Below, one piece after another: positions 1 through 12,585 of a stretch of DNA of 64,000 bases (its first letter is position 1; each line of letters starts with the position of its first letter). The notes beneath the pieces are model-generated. The model made no database searches. It was not told the origin of the DNA and saw nothing but the letters and a program-made list of their open reading frames with translations. Made by a program: the position numbers and the translations under genes. Location of the stretch: positions 26,483,016 to 26,547,015 of the forward strand of contig NC_092374.1 in assembly GCF_030028105.1 (NCBI RefSeq). Direction: 5' to 3'. The DNA comes from Mobula birostris. Lineage: Eukaryota.

Positions 1-1352
1 AGTGAATGGAAATAAAGAAAATCATTCCTTGAATAACCTGTTTCATCTTCATTTTTAATAGCAGGTATATTCTATAATAGTCAGCACTCTTCTCTCACTT
101 ACTACTTGGTCAGTTAAAACAAAAAATTAATACAAATTGCTCATAGTACATTTTTTTTGTATTTTCAGCATTTGTTAATGACTGCTAAATCATCTTGTTG
201 TCAGGGTGGCCTTTGGGATTGAGGATAACTTCCTTTCTCTCTGCTTTGTTGATTCAGAGGTGGCTGATGAGGTTAATCTGGGACCCGCTGGCTTTCCCAA
301 AGATGGGGCAGGAGGTTCCAGACAGGGTGGGCAAGTAGGTGGCTTGTGAGGGTATGTGCAATCTCTCTGTGTGCCCAATTCATAGCCTCATTTTGAAAAC
401 CATCTGGAATGCTTCTTTTCCACTTTGAGTGGTGATGGGCCAGAAGTTCCCAGGAGTTAGTGGGGATGAAGCACTTTTTTTTCCAAGAAGACTTCGAAAA
501 TTCTTCTCTGTCTAGCTGGTAATCTAATTCTCTGACAGACCTGTTTCTTCCCCTCTTCTGTCAGGTTTCTGAAAGTTCCATGAACCCATGAACATTGCCC
601 CACTTTCTCTCTCCTGCACAATGTATTCAATTTACTTTTTATTGTAATTTTTCATAATTTTTTTATGTCTTGTACTGTCCTGCTGCCAAAAAATCAACAG
701 ATTTCAAAACAGTGATAATAAACTCATTCTGATTCTCTGACTTTCCAGGAATCCTTCCCTCTCCGAACTTTACACCCAATCACTTGTCCTCCTCTGATTA
801 TGTGGCCAATCCTCAGTGTAGCTTGCCTCAAAACACCCCCCCCATCCCCTTTCTGACTCACAGCTAGGAGACCCCAGTCGCTCTCAAACCTCCTCACCTA
901 TCCTGACAATGCATCTGCTCATCTGATTGGATTTGTAGTTCTGCCAGAGCAGGCCTGGTGGAGCGTTTTTCCCAGTGGAAGGTTTTTAAATTCCTGTGGG
1001 CCTCACATATAGTCACCTGCTGTTGCCAAGGCCCTGACAGAAATCCATGCCCAGTGCCATTTTAACATGCTTTTTCAAATATTGAAGCAGTGTCTTCCGT
1101 AACCTCTAACTCCCTGGTAATTTCTTCACTGAGAATGCAGTGTTTGGTTCTGGGTTTACAACCAACTGAATGCTGAGAATGACAACATCTATATGTGAAT
1201 TGAATAATTGGAAAATATACACTAGAAAACTAAGGAGGCAAATCAGGCCTAAGTTCCACTGGCACAATGCAGAAGTAAACTTGTATCAATTTTATTCTTT
1301 GGGAACTCTCCCAACTTGAACTTTGCTTCTGAAACTCTGCAATTATTACTGT

Positions 1353-2208
1353 CAGACCAGAATCAGGTTTATTGTCACTGACATGCAGTCCTGTGCAAAA
1401 GTCTTAAGCACATATATATATCTAGGGTGCCTAAGACTTTTGCACAGTACCGTATTTGTCAACGCAGAGCAGAGAACAAGTTTGTAAATCTGGCAGGAGC
1501 AAACGATGTTGGGAATAGTGAGGGTGGAGCGCCACACGAGGGGTGTGGTTCAGACAGCAGAGAAGGAGTGCCGGGGCCGTGGGGATGGGTGGTGTGGGTG
1601 CAGACACACCCGGCCCAGAGACACCAGGCAAGGTCATTTGATTCCAAACAATTGGTTTATTGATTGTTAGAAAATGTCTCTCTGGTGCTTCCCACTCCCT
1701 CCCCTCTCTCCTCCCATTTTTCCAACAATGACTCCCCTCTCGTTGCGCCCCTTCCCTCTGTCAGTCCACAATAGAAACCCATTCATCATCACTCACATAT
1801 GTCATGAAATCCGATTTTTTTTTTGTGGCAGCAGTACAATGCAGTACATAAAATTACTACAGCATTGCACAAAAGTCCCAGGCACCCTGCCTAAGAATTT
1901 TGTTTAGTACTGTATGTCATGATTTATTTTTCGTTTTGTGGCAGCAATGCAGTCCAAGATATACAAATTACTATAAGTCACAAAAATAAATAAATGAAGA
2001 GCGTTAAAGAGGAATAGTGAGGTGGTGTTCATGGGTTCCTGAACCATTCAGAATTCTGGTGATGGAGAGGAAGAAGTTGTTCCTGAAGCATTGACTATGA
2101 GTCTTCAGGCTTGTGTTCCTTCTCTTCAGGGGTAGTAATAAGAAGAGGGCATGTCCCAGATATTGAGGGTCCTTAGTGCTGGATACCATCTTCTTGAGGC
2201 ACTGCCAT
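1353..2208 (-). mobile_element. Rex1/Babar-type LINE 3' fragment, interrupted by a composite MITE
   Basis: TTCTGA-type tail with AATAAA on the minus strand. ORF 2004-2243 has the C-terminal motif KDP..GHALF.LLP..RR..SLKTH..F.N.FF. Confidence 0.75.
1386..1912 (+). mobile_element. Composite Tc1/mariner-type MITE, copy 1 (hairpin-cargo-hairpin)
   Basis: Two hairpins with CAGTACTGTGCAAAAGTCTTAGGCAC-type arms at 1386-1452 and 1860-1912. Homologous over its length to 32282-32798 and to inverted 6371-7677. Confidence 0.85.
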
Positions 2209-2289
2209 TGGTCATAAAGTAATACAGCACAGGAACACACCAACTGCCCAGAAACCTAGATAGTTCCATTTGACCAATATCCTCTAAAC

Positions 2290-2368
2290 CAGGGGTTCCC
2301 AACAGTTTTTATGCCTCGGACCCTTAGAATTACAGAGGGACCTGAGGACACCAGGTTGGGAATGCCTG
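2290..2368. mobile_element. hAT (Charlie/MER5-like) mini-MITE inside a CR1 3' remnant
   Basis: TIRs CAGGGGTTCCCAAC / GTTGGGAATGCCTG; imperfect 8-bp TSD ctctaaac / ccctaaaa. Confidence 0.75.
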
Positions 2369-2747
2369 CCCTAAAACTTTCCTATCCAAGTACCTGTCCA
2401 AATATCGTTTACATCTTGTACCAGCTTCAGCCATTTCTTCCAGCAGTTCGTTGCATATGCACAACACCTCTGCATGAAGAAATTGCCTGTCACGTCCCTT
2501 TTAAGTACCTCCACTCTCACCTTAAGCCTGTGCCCTCTTGCCTTTTCCCAGTCCTAGAAAAAGACTGAGTGAGTTCAACCAGTCATGGCCCTTATGATCT
2601 TATACTCCTCTGTAAGGTCACCCTTCAGTCTCCTACACTCCAAGTAATAAAGTCCTAGCCTGCCCTCAAGTCTTAGCAACCTTCTTTGTATTCTTTCTAT
2701 TGTCCTGATCCATAGAAGTTAATGACGTAAAATCTTTAGAGTCTTTG

Positions 2748-5385
2748 AATGGAAACTCCTACAAAAAGTTATGGATACAGCTCAGTCCATCACAGAAAAG
2801 TCCTCCCCACCATTGAGCACATCTACACGGAGTGTTGCCGCAGGAGAGCAACATCCATCATCAACTAGGGAAGGAGCAGTGTTGGATCTCCTGTTAGGGA
2901 ATGAGACAGGGCAGGTGACGGAGGTATTTGTTGGGGAGCACTTCGGGTCCAGTGATCACAATACAATTAGTTTCAGTGTAATTATGGAGAAAGATAGGAC
3001 TGGACCTAGGATTGAGATTTTTGATTAGAGAAAGGCTATCTTTGAGGAGATGCGAAAGGATTTAGAAGGAGTGGATTGGGAAAATTTGTTTTATGGGAAG
3101 GATGTAACAGAGAAATGGAGGTCACTTAAAGGTGAAATTTTGAGGGTTCAGAACCTTTATGTTCCCGTTAGGTTGAAAGGAAAGGTTAAAAGTTTGAGAA
3201 AGCCATGGTTTTCAAGAGATCTTAGAAACTTGGTTCAGAAAAAGAGAGAGATCTTCAATAAATATAGGCAGCTTGGAGTTAATGAGGTACTCGAGGAATA
3301 TAAAGAATGTAAAAAGAATCTTAAGAAAGAAATTAGAAAAGCTAAAAGAAGATACGAGGCTGCTTTGGCAAGTAAGGTGAAAATAAATCCGAAGGGTTTC
3401 TACAGTTATGTTAGTGGCAAAAGGATAGTGAGGGATAAAATTGGTCCCTTGGAGAATCAGAGTGGACGGCTATGTGCGGAACCAAAAGAGATGGAAGAGA
3501 TTTTGAACAATTTCTTTTCTTCGGTATTCACTAAGGAGAAGGATATTGAATTGTGTAAGGTAAAGGAAACAAGTAGGGTAGTTATGGAAAGTATAACAAT
3601 TAAAGAAGAGGAAGTACTGGCACTTATAAGGAATATAAAAGTGGATAAGTCTCTGGGTCCGGACAAGATATTCCCTAGGACTTTGAGGGAAGTTAGTGTA
3701 GAAATAACAGGGGCTCTGACAGAAATATTTCAAATGTCATTAGAAACACGAATGGTGCCAGAGGATTGGCGTATTGCTCATGTGGTTCCATTGTTTAAAA
3801 AGGGTTCTAAGAGTAAAACTTGGAATTATCGGCCTGTGAGTTTGACGTCAGTGGTGGGTAAATTGATGGAAAGTATTCTTAGAGATGGTATATATAATTT
3901 TCTGGATAGACAGGGTCTGATTAGGAACAGTCAACATGGATTTGTGCGTGGAAGGTCATGTTTGACAAATCTTATTGAATTTTTTGATGAGGTTACTAAG
4001 AAAGTTGACGAGGGTAAAACGGTGGATGTTGTCTATATGGACTTCAGTAAGGCCTTTGACAACGTTCCACATGGAAGGTTAGTTAGGAAGGTTCAATCGT
4101 TAGGCATTAATATGGAAGTAGTAAAATGGATTCAGCAGTGGCTAGATGGGAGACGCTAGAGAGTAGTGGTGGATAACTGTGTGTCAGATTTGAGGACGGT
4201 GTGTAGCGGTGTGCCTCAAGGATCTGTACTGGGTCCAATGTTGTTTGTAATATATATTAATGATCTAGATAATGGGGTGGTAAATTGGATTAGTAAGTAT
4301 GCAGATAATACTAAGATAGGTGGTGTTGTGGTTGATGAGGTAGGTTTTCAAAACTTGCAGAGAGATTTAGGACAGTTGGAAGAGTGGGCTGAAAGATGGC
4401 AGATGGAGTTTAATGCTGAAAAATGTGAGTTGCTACATTTTGGTAGAACTAATCAAAATAGGACATACATGGTAAACGGTAGGGCATTAAAGAATGCTTT
4501 AGAACAGAGGGATCTAAGAATAATGGTGCATAGTCCCCTGAAGGTGGAATCTCATGTAGATAGGGTGGTGAAGAAAGCTTTTGGTTTGCTGGCCTTTATT
4601 AATCAGAGCATTGAGTATAGGAGTTGGGATGTAATGTTGAATTTGTATAAGGCATTGGTAAGGCCAAATCTGGAGTATTGTGTACAGTTCTGGTCCCGAA
4701 TTATAGGAAGGATCTCAATAAAATTGAGAGAGTACAGAGGAGGCTTACTAAAATGTTGCTTGGGTTTCATCTCCTAAGTTACAGAGAAAGGTTGAACAAG
4801 TTAGGTCTTTATTCTTTGGAGTGTAAAAGGTTGAGGGGAGACTTGATAGAGGTGTTTAAAATTATGAGGGGGATTGACAGAGTTGACGTGGTTAGACTTT
4901 TTCCATTGAGAGTGGGGAAGATTCAAACAAGAGGGCATGGGTTGAGAATTAGAGGACAAAAGTTTAGGGGTAAACTTCTTTACTCATAGAGTGGCAGCTG
5001 TGTGGAACAAGCTTCCAGCAGAAGTGGTTGAGGCAGGTTCGATGTTGTCGTTTAAAGTTAAATTGGATAGATATATGGACAGGAAAGGAATGGAGGGTTA
5101 TGGGCTGAGTACAGGTCGGTGGGAATAGGATAGGGTAAGAGTTCGGCACGGACTAGAAGGGCCGAGATGGCTTGTTTCCGTGCTGTAATTGTTATATGGT
5201 TATATGGTTATATAAGGGCCCCCATCACCCAGGTCATGCTGTCATCAGGAAAAAGGTACAGGAGCCTCAGGATCACACAACCGGATTCAGCAAGTTCACT
5301 TGCCCTATTACTGAACTGTTCCCACAACCTATGGAATCATTTTCAAGTTTTCTTCATCTCCTGTTCTTGATATTTATTGCATATT
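2748..5385 (+). mobile_element. Rex1/Babar 3' fragment split by a CR1 insertion (pieces 2748-2864 and 5214-5385)
   Basis: ...acatccatcatcaa resumes as aagggcccccatcacccaggtcatgc, restoring the ASIIKDPHHPGHA motif seen in other copies. Confidence 0.75.
2865..5213 (+). mobile_element. CR1 LINE, 5'-truncated ORF2 (end of APE endonuclease, reverse transcriptase) plus 3' UTR; disrupted
   Basis: TREGAVLDLLL..SDHN, NYRPVSLTS, QHGF..GRSCLTNL, DFSKAFD, GVPQGSVLGP and YADN (YADD mutated). In-frame stops end at 3028 and 4159, with later frameshifts. (GTTATATG)n tail. Confidence 0.95.
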
Positions 5386-5399
5386 GAAGGAAGTAAATC

Positions 5400-5895
5400 T
5401 ACACTCAGTGGACACTTTATTAGGTACAGCTGTACACCTGCTGGTTAATGCAAGTATCTAATCAGCCAATCATGTGGCAGCAACTCAATGCATAAAAGTA
5501 GGTTCAGATTTTGTTCAGACTAAACATCAGAATGGGGAAAAAATGTTGTCTAAGTGACTTTGACCATAGAATACTTGTTGGTGCCAGACAGGGTGGTTTG
5601 AGTATCTCAGAAACAGCTGATCTCCTGAGATGTTCACACACAACAGTCTCAAACATAGAGTGAGCAGCAGTTCTGTGTGTGAAAACACCTTGTTACTGAG
5701 AGAGGTCAGAGAGAGGAAGGTGACAGTAACTCAAATAACCATACATTACAACAGTGGTGTGCAGAAGATCATCTCTGAATGCACAGTGCATCAAATCTTG
5801 AAGTGGATGTGCTAAAGCAGCAGAAGACCACAAACATACACTCAGTGGCCGCTTTATTACATATAGGAGCTACCGAATAAAGTGGCCACTAAGTA
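5400..5895 (+). mobile_element. Non-autonomous Tc1 element with a transposase N-terminal remnant
   Basis: TA-flanked TIR CACTCAGTGG(C/A)CACTTTATTAGGTA; remnant MGKKCCLSDFD..VGARQGGLSISETADLL; extra TIR copy at 5837. Confidence 0.85.
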
Positions 5896-6370
5896 CTCTA
5901 ATCATGATTTTATATATATACAAAAATTCAAATGGAAATTTATTATCAAAATACTTGTATGTCATCATATACTACCCTGAAATTCATTTTCTTGCTGGAA
6001 TTTACAGGAAAAAAGAAATACAATGGAATTTAATGGAAAACTATACATAAACAGATAAAGACTCCCAAACAACTACTGTTCAAAAGAAGTCATACTATGC
6101 AAACAAAAATAATGCTGGAAACATGAATTGTAAAGAGTCCTTGAAAGTGAGTCTGTAGGTCACAGAATCAGTTCTGGATTAGTGGTAAATGAAGTTATCC
6201 ACAGTGGTTCAAGAAACTTATGTCTGTAGGGTAGTTACTGTTCCTGAACCTAGTATTGTGGGTCCTAAGACTTCTCTGTCGCCTGTCCAATGGTAGGAGC
6301 AAGAAGAAGTCGTATACACACAGGTGCAGTCAGATGAACATGCATGCATACACGTTCATGCAAGTACAGA

Positions 6371-7677
6371 CAGTACTGTGAAAATATCTCAGGCACATAT
6401 ATATATCTAGAGTAGCTAAGACTTTTGCACTCTACTATAGTAATTTTATGTATTGCACTGTACTGCTGCCACAGAAAATCAAAAATCATGATGTATAAGA
6501 GTGATGATAAAGCTAATTCTGATGTAAAGACCATAAAATATAGGAGCAGAAGTAGGCCATTCAGCCCATCGAGTCTGCTCCACCATTCAATCATTGGCTG
6601 ATCCAATTATTCCAGTCATCCCCACTCCCCTGCCTTTTCTCCATACCCATTGATGCTCTGGCTAATCAAGAACCTGTCTATCTCTGCCTTAAATGCACCC
6701 AATGACTTGGCCTCTACAGGCACTCGTGGCAACAAATTCCACAGATTTACCACCCTCTAACTAAAATAATTTCTCTGCATCTCCGTTCTAAATGGATGCC
6801 TTCAATCCTGAAGTCGTGCCCTCTTGCCCTAGACTCCCCTAGCATGGAAAATAACTTTGACGTGTCTAATCTGTTCAGCCCTTTTAACATTCGGAATGTT
6901 TCTCTGAGATCCCCCTCATTCTCCTGAACTCCAGGGAATACAGCCCAAGAGCTGCCAGACATTCCTCATACGGTAACCCTTTCATTCCTGGAATCATTCT
7001 TGGGAACCTTCTCTGAACCCTGTCCAATGTCAGTATATCCTTTCTAAAATAAGGAGCCCAAAACTGCACACAATACTCCAAGTGTGGTCTCACGAGTGTG
7101 TTATTGAGCCTCAACATCACATCCCTACTCTTATATTGTGTGTGTATGTGTGTGTGTGCCCTTAACTCCGGGTGGAGTCGTTGGGGTGCCATCATGACAA
7201 ACTTTTAGTATACTCATCGTACGGCATGTCTTGGGCATCTGAAATCTGGTGGAGCCCATCCCTCTCCGTTTTTTTAATATGGGTCTCTATGGGTCTCTGT
7301 TGTGGACTGTGAGTGGAAAGGGAGCAGGGAGCGGGGAATCATCATTGGGAAAAGGGGAAGAGAGAGGGGAGGAAGTGGGAAGCACCAGGGAGAAATTCTG
7401 TAATGATCTATAGACCAACAGTTTGAAATTAAATGACCTTGCCTGGTGTCTCAGCGCTAGGTGTGTCTGCAACTGTGCCATGCCCCTCCCCCAGCATTCC
7501 TTCTCTGCCACCTACCCACACCTCTCCCATGGTGCTCCACACTCACCATTATCAACAACTTTTGCTCGGGCCAGATTTACAAGATTCCTGTCCCCTCCCC
7601 TTAACCGATACAGTATTGTGCAAAAGTCTGGGGCATCCAAGCTATATATAGGTGTCTAAGACTTTTGCACAGTACTG
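6371..7677 (-). mobile_element. Composite MITE copy 2 (inverted), interrupted by a CR1 fragment
   Basis: Hairpins at 6371-6437 and 7611-7677. Cargo at 6438-6524 and 7277-7610 is the reverse complement of copies 1 and 3. Confidence 0.8.
6527..7138 (-). mobile_element. CR1 LINE 3' end
   Basis: LVRPHLEYCVQFWAPY, LGLYSLEFRRMRG and a CR1 3' UTR ending in tatggtct. Confidence 0.9.
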
Positions 7678-7923
7678 TATAATAAACGCGCACTCCTACA
7701 CCCATGCACTCATATAGAGCTATTTGAAAGTGGTTTAACAGCCATTTCTGGGGATGTAGTCATGTTCAATATATCTTGGTGAGCTTTACTGTCAGAAATG
7801 CCTAAAACTGTTAATGTCGGAGATATTCGAACCTACTGCCTCTCCCTTCCAGAATATAGGTGTTATAATGGCTCTGCACCTATCACATGATACATATTGT
7901 AAAGGCAGAATAGCTGTATGCTA

Positions 7924-8456
7924 TTAGATTAGATTAGATTATGAGGACATGCAATCCTATACTATTGTCATTTAGTAATGCATGCATTAAGAAATGATAC
8001 AATATTCCTCTGGTGTGATATCACAAAACACAGGACAGACCAAGACTGAAAAAACTAACAAAACCACATAATTATAACATATAGTTACAACAGTGCAATG
8101 ATACCATAATTTGATGAAGAACAGTCCATGGCACAGTAAAAAAGTTCAAAGTCTCTCAAATGTCCTACATCTCACACAGATGGGAGAAGAAAGAAAACTC
8201 TCCCTGCTATGCCCGACCACAGTCCGACTCTGAGTCGTCCGAAAACTTCGAGCCTCCGATCAGCCCTCCAACACCGAGTACTGAGCACCATCTCTATCCG
8301 AACGATTCGACCTCAGTCTCAGTCGCCAGCAGCAGGCAAAGCTGGGGATTTTGAGGCCTTCCCTCCGGAAGATTCTCGATCGCGCAGTAACAACGGCAGC
8401 GAACCGGCGTTTCAGAAATTTCTCCAGATGTTCCTGTGTGCTTTCACGTCTGTCTC
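7924..8456 (-). mobile_element. Non-coding retroelement-like family, copy 1 (5'-truncated)
   Basis: Colinear with 32821-33436 and 54736-55354; (TAATC)n tail on the minus strand. Confidence 0.8.
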
Positions 8457-8986
8457 TATTATGTTGTGCCATAAATTACACTCATTCTCACTTAATATAT
8501 CGCTTTTAATCACCATGTCAAGTTTTGGTTTGTGAGCATCCTGGAACATATCATAACAACACTGGCATTTTAGTAAACACAGCCTTTTTAAGTGATTAAG
8601 GAGGAAGATCCACATAATAATTCCAAATGATTATCAAAAAGTTTTTGGATAACTAGCTAAACAATGGTCCTTCATTCTATAAATAATGGAGTTAATTTTG
8701 ATGGAATTAAAAGATGCCTTCAGCACTGTTCAGAGGAGAAGGAGTTCTCTGTGGCATCCTGGTCATTATTTGTCCATAAAACATCAGCAAAATGCTTCTT
8801 GCAGATCAGCTGCTGTGTTTCCAACATCACTCCATTGACTACCCAAAACAAAAAGGCTTTTCATTGCCCTGGAAGCCACAATGCAAAAGGCTTTCTCATC
8901 AAAACTAGAAAGTTAGGGTGGTAGTAACTCACTTTTTGCAAATTCACTTTCTGGTGTCCTTCACTCTAGTTGCTATCTCTTTTCCA

Positions 8987-9572
8987 TTAGACCATAAGAC
9001 ACAGGAGCAAAATTAGGCCACTCAGCCCATCAAGTCTGCCCCACCATTTGATAGTGGCTAATTTATTATCGCTCTCAACCCCACTCTCCTGCCTTCTTCC
9101 TGTAACCTTTGGTTCCCTTACTAATTAAGAACCTATCAGTCTCCACTTTAAATATAACCAATTACTTGGTCTCTACAGTAATCTATGGCAATGAATTCCA
9201 CACATTCACCACCATCTGACGTTCTTCTATTCTGAGGCTGTTCCCTCTGCTCCCCCACCAAAGGAAACATCCTCTCCATGTAAACTCTAACTAGACCCTT
9301 TCAATATTCAATAGGTTTCAATGATATCACCACCCTCATTCTTCTGAACTCCAGCAAGTACAGTCCCAGAGCCATCAAACAATCTTCATGTGTTAACCCT
9401 TTGTTTCCTGAGGTCATTCTCAAGAACTTCCTCTGGACACTCTGCAAAGCAAGTGCATCATTTTTTAGATTAGGGACCCAAAATGGCTCACAATATTCCT
9501 ACTGCGGTCTGACCAATGCCTTATGAAGCCTTAGAATTACATCCTTTCTTTTATATTCTAGTCCTTTCAAGT
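8987..9572 (-). mobile_element. CR1 LINE 3' remnant
   Basis: Homologous to 6527-7138 and 61633-62480. Confidence 0.8.
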
Positions 9573-11071
9573 CCTTTTAGGATGACTAATTCTGACTTTG
9601 CTGAGTGATGTATTCTAAATTTGTTATGTTTAGGCCCGCAGGGACCTCCTAGTGTTTGCATGTATGTATGCTAGTGCTTTAGAAGCCTGGGTTATCCATT
9701 CAAGTAAACTTGTAACTTCTTCTCACCACCTTCTTCTCAAGACAATTAGAGATAGCCAATAAGTGCACCCTTGCCATATCCTGAGGATCAACCTGAGACC
9801 AATATATTCCAATAACTCCCGCTAAGAAGTAGCACAAGGAAATGAAGCAAGACCCCTCTCAATAAACAACTTGGCTTTTTTTCCCATGCTTCATGAATCA
9901 GTCATGCTTTTAAATCAGCCTGAGGATTCCATTGACTACAGTTTTGATGAACTGGACAGATAGTTGATTGGACACTGACTGCAGTGTTAGAGGAGAAATT
10001 ATTCAACCACAGTTTGTTTTTAGTATTTTTGACAGATTGTCTGCACTGTACATCTGATCAGTTTTCAAATACTCATTTATACGGAATGCTTTACAGTATT
10101 TTTATATTGAGGAAGACATCACACAAGACTCTTGCTATTTAGTTACTGACCTAGTTGCCACTGTTGGTTGGAGGTTGTTGTGGTCGGTGAGGCAATCTCA
10201 ATTAGTATCGATTTATTTCAATACCTAGAGATTTCAGATGTCCCACATCATTAGAAGTACCTTTGCACAGTGTTATGCTCCTGGGAGACATGTGTCCAAT
10301 TTCCTCAGAGGTACTTTTGCTTTGTGAGGTGCTCCGTGCCAAGGGATGTAGCGTTTCCTCAGGTGTGCTTTTACTTCACATGGCACTCCTCAGCAAATAA
10401 AGCACGTACCCTTCCAAGCACCTCAGGCTTCAAGCTTGAAAACCTTGCCATGTTTCCTGCACTTCCCGTGTGTTGCACGTGTCCTGAATTGGATTTATTT
10501 TGACAGGTCTTATCTTGAGCACATAAGATCAATGCTGACATTCTTAAGAAGTTCACAATTTCCTTCAGGTTGAGTATAAGAATTGCATGATCACTATTTA
10601 AAATAAGATGGTTGCCCATTTAAGACAGAGATGAGGCATAATTTTTTTTTCTTTCAGAGGGTCATGAGTCTGTGGATCTCTTCCTCTGAGGGCAGTCTGT
10701 GAATATTCCTGAATAGTAAGAAAGTGTAAGGTTACTGGGGAAGGCAGGAGTACAGAGTTAAAGTTGCAAAAATTTATCACTGTGTATTTCCATATGACAG
10801 AAAAAGGTGCTGTTTGGCCCCTGTAGAATTGGCCAGCTCTCAAATCAATCTTGGTTCTCCACATATGTCCGCATAACCTACTTCCTTTCACAGATGTATC
10901 ACTTCCAAGTAATTCTCCTGCTCACCGGCACTCGGGGTAACACTTCGCAGTTGTCAATTAACCTATCTCAAGGATTTAGAGAAAACCAGTGATTGTGAGG
11001 GAAACCCACCCTGTCGTAGGGAGAATATGTAAAAACTTCACAGACGGCACCAGAGGCTAGTAGCGTAATCA

Positions 11072-11222
11072 CAAACACGAGAACATGCGCAGGTGCTGGA
11101 AATCCAAAACGACACATCCTAATAAATGCCGAAGAAGGGTCTTAGCCCAAAACTTTGACTGTTTACTCTGTTCCACGGATGCTACTTGCCTGCTGAGTTC
11201 CTCCTGAATTTCTTGTGTGTAT
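11072..11222. mobile_element. Penelope-derived short fragment with a decayed hammerhead core
   Basis: ccgaagaagggtcttagcccaaaactttgactg followed by gatgctacttgcctgctgagttcctcc, homologous to the end of the 20657-21461 element. Confidence 0.6.
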
Positions 11223-11874
11223 TGTTAGTGGTGTAATACTGCCTGTGTGATCCAGTGAGCTAGTCTTATTGAATGATAACCTTAAAGGACACAGTAGCCT
11301 GCTCTTAGTTCATATGTTGGTATGTGCGATCATTAGCTTGTCCTTTGGTGATGATGTCATTTGACATTGTGTACTGAGTAAGTCTTCAGCATCAGGATGT
11401 GAAGGCTATGTATGCCTGAAATAAGTGGCAAGCGTGTCCAGTAATGAGCTGATTGGAATTGTTTTTTTATTGACAGGATCAGGCCTGAAAATCATCTCCC
11501 TTTATCAATGATAACAGATTGACTCAACCAAGTGGAATTAGGTCCTTTGTGAATTTAGACATGTTGTGACACTGGATTGATCATCTTTCAGGGATGTTTT
11601 GTGCAAAGCAGAGAAATGGGCATTTGTTCATTTGACTGTGATGGTTAGAGCACGGTTAATGAAAGCTGAAGGATTTGCTTTGTGAATATGAATCAAACCT
11701 GAGCCAAAGAGCGCTTGATGCTGGCAACGTGCAAAAGGAAAAATAGGTTTCATTCCATGATGTCTGAGTGACCCTGAGAACAATCAACACTCAAAAATGA
11801 TTCCAAGTCATTCAGTAATATAATAATAATAGAACAACCCTTTCAGCGAAGGTTTGACATCCTTTCTTCTCTTT

Positions 11875-12585
11875 CAGAATCAGAATCAGGTTTATTATCA
11901 CTGATATATATGTCATAAAATGTGTTGTTTTGCAGCAGCAGTACAGCATAATACATAAAAACACACTATTGGTTAAAATAAAAAATCTAAAAATAATTAA
12001 GCTGTGCAAAAGAGAGCAAAATAAAGAGGTAATATTCATGGGTTCATGGAACATTCAGAAATCTGATGGAAGAAGCTGTTCCTGAAATGTTGAGTGTGTG
12101 TCTTCAGGCTCCTGTATCTTCTCTTTAATGGTAGCAGTGACAAGAAGGCATGACCGAGATGGTGAAAGACCTCAACGATGGATGCCGTCGTCTTGAGGCA
12201 CTGCCTTTTGATGATGTCCTCAGTGCTGAGCAGGATAGTGGCCACGATGAAAGTGGCTAAGTCTACGTCTCTCTGCAGCTTTTTTTGATCCTGTGCATTA
12301 GAGCCACCCCGCCAGGTGGTGATGCAGCCAGTCAGAATGCTCTTCCCCTTGCACCTGTAGAAATTTGCTAGAGTCTCCGGTGACATACAAAATCTCCTCA
12401 AACTCCGAAAGAAGTGTAGCCACTGACGTGCCTCCTTCATGATTGCATCATTATGTTGAGCCCAGGTTAGATCCTTTGAGATGTTAATGCCCAGGAACTT
12501 AGAGCTGTTCTCCCTTTCCACTGCCAGTACCTCAACAAGGACTAGTTTGTGTTCTCCCGACTTCGCTTCCTGAAAGTCCACAATT
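11875..12585 (-). mobile_element. Rex1/Babar LINE 3' fragment
   Basis: ORF 12036-12581 with KFLGINISKDLTW, ANFYRC..SILTGCITTW, HFRNSFF; (TTCTGA)n tail. Confidence 0.88.

Noticed and set aside
2771-3028. 85-aa ORF as a novel fusion gene
   Set aside because: It reads through a Rex/CR1 junction, the Rex part is frameshifted, and it ends at a nonsense mutation within CR1 ORF2.
3050-4777. Reverse transcriptase ORFs as an active element, retron or other RT-based system
   Set aside because: Ordinary CR1 ORF2: 5'-truncated, with premature stops and catalytic YADD changed to YADN.
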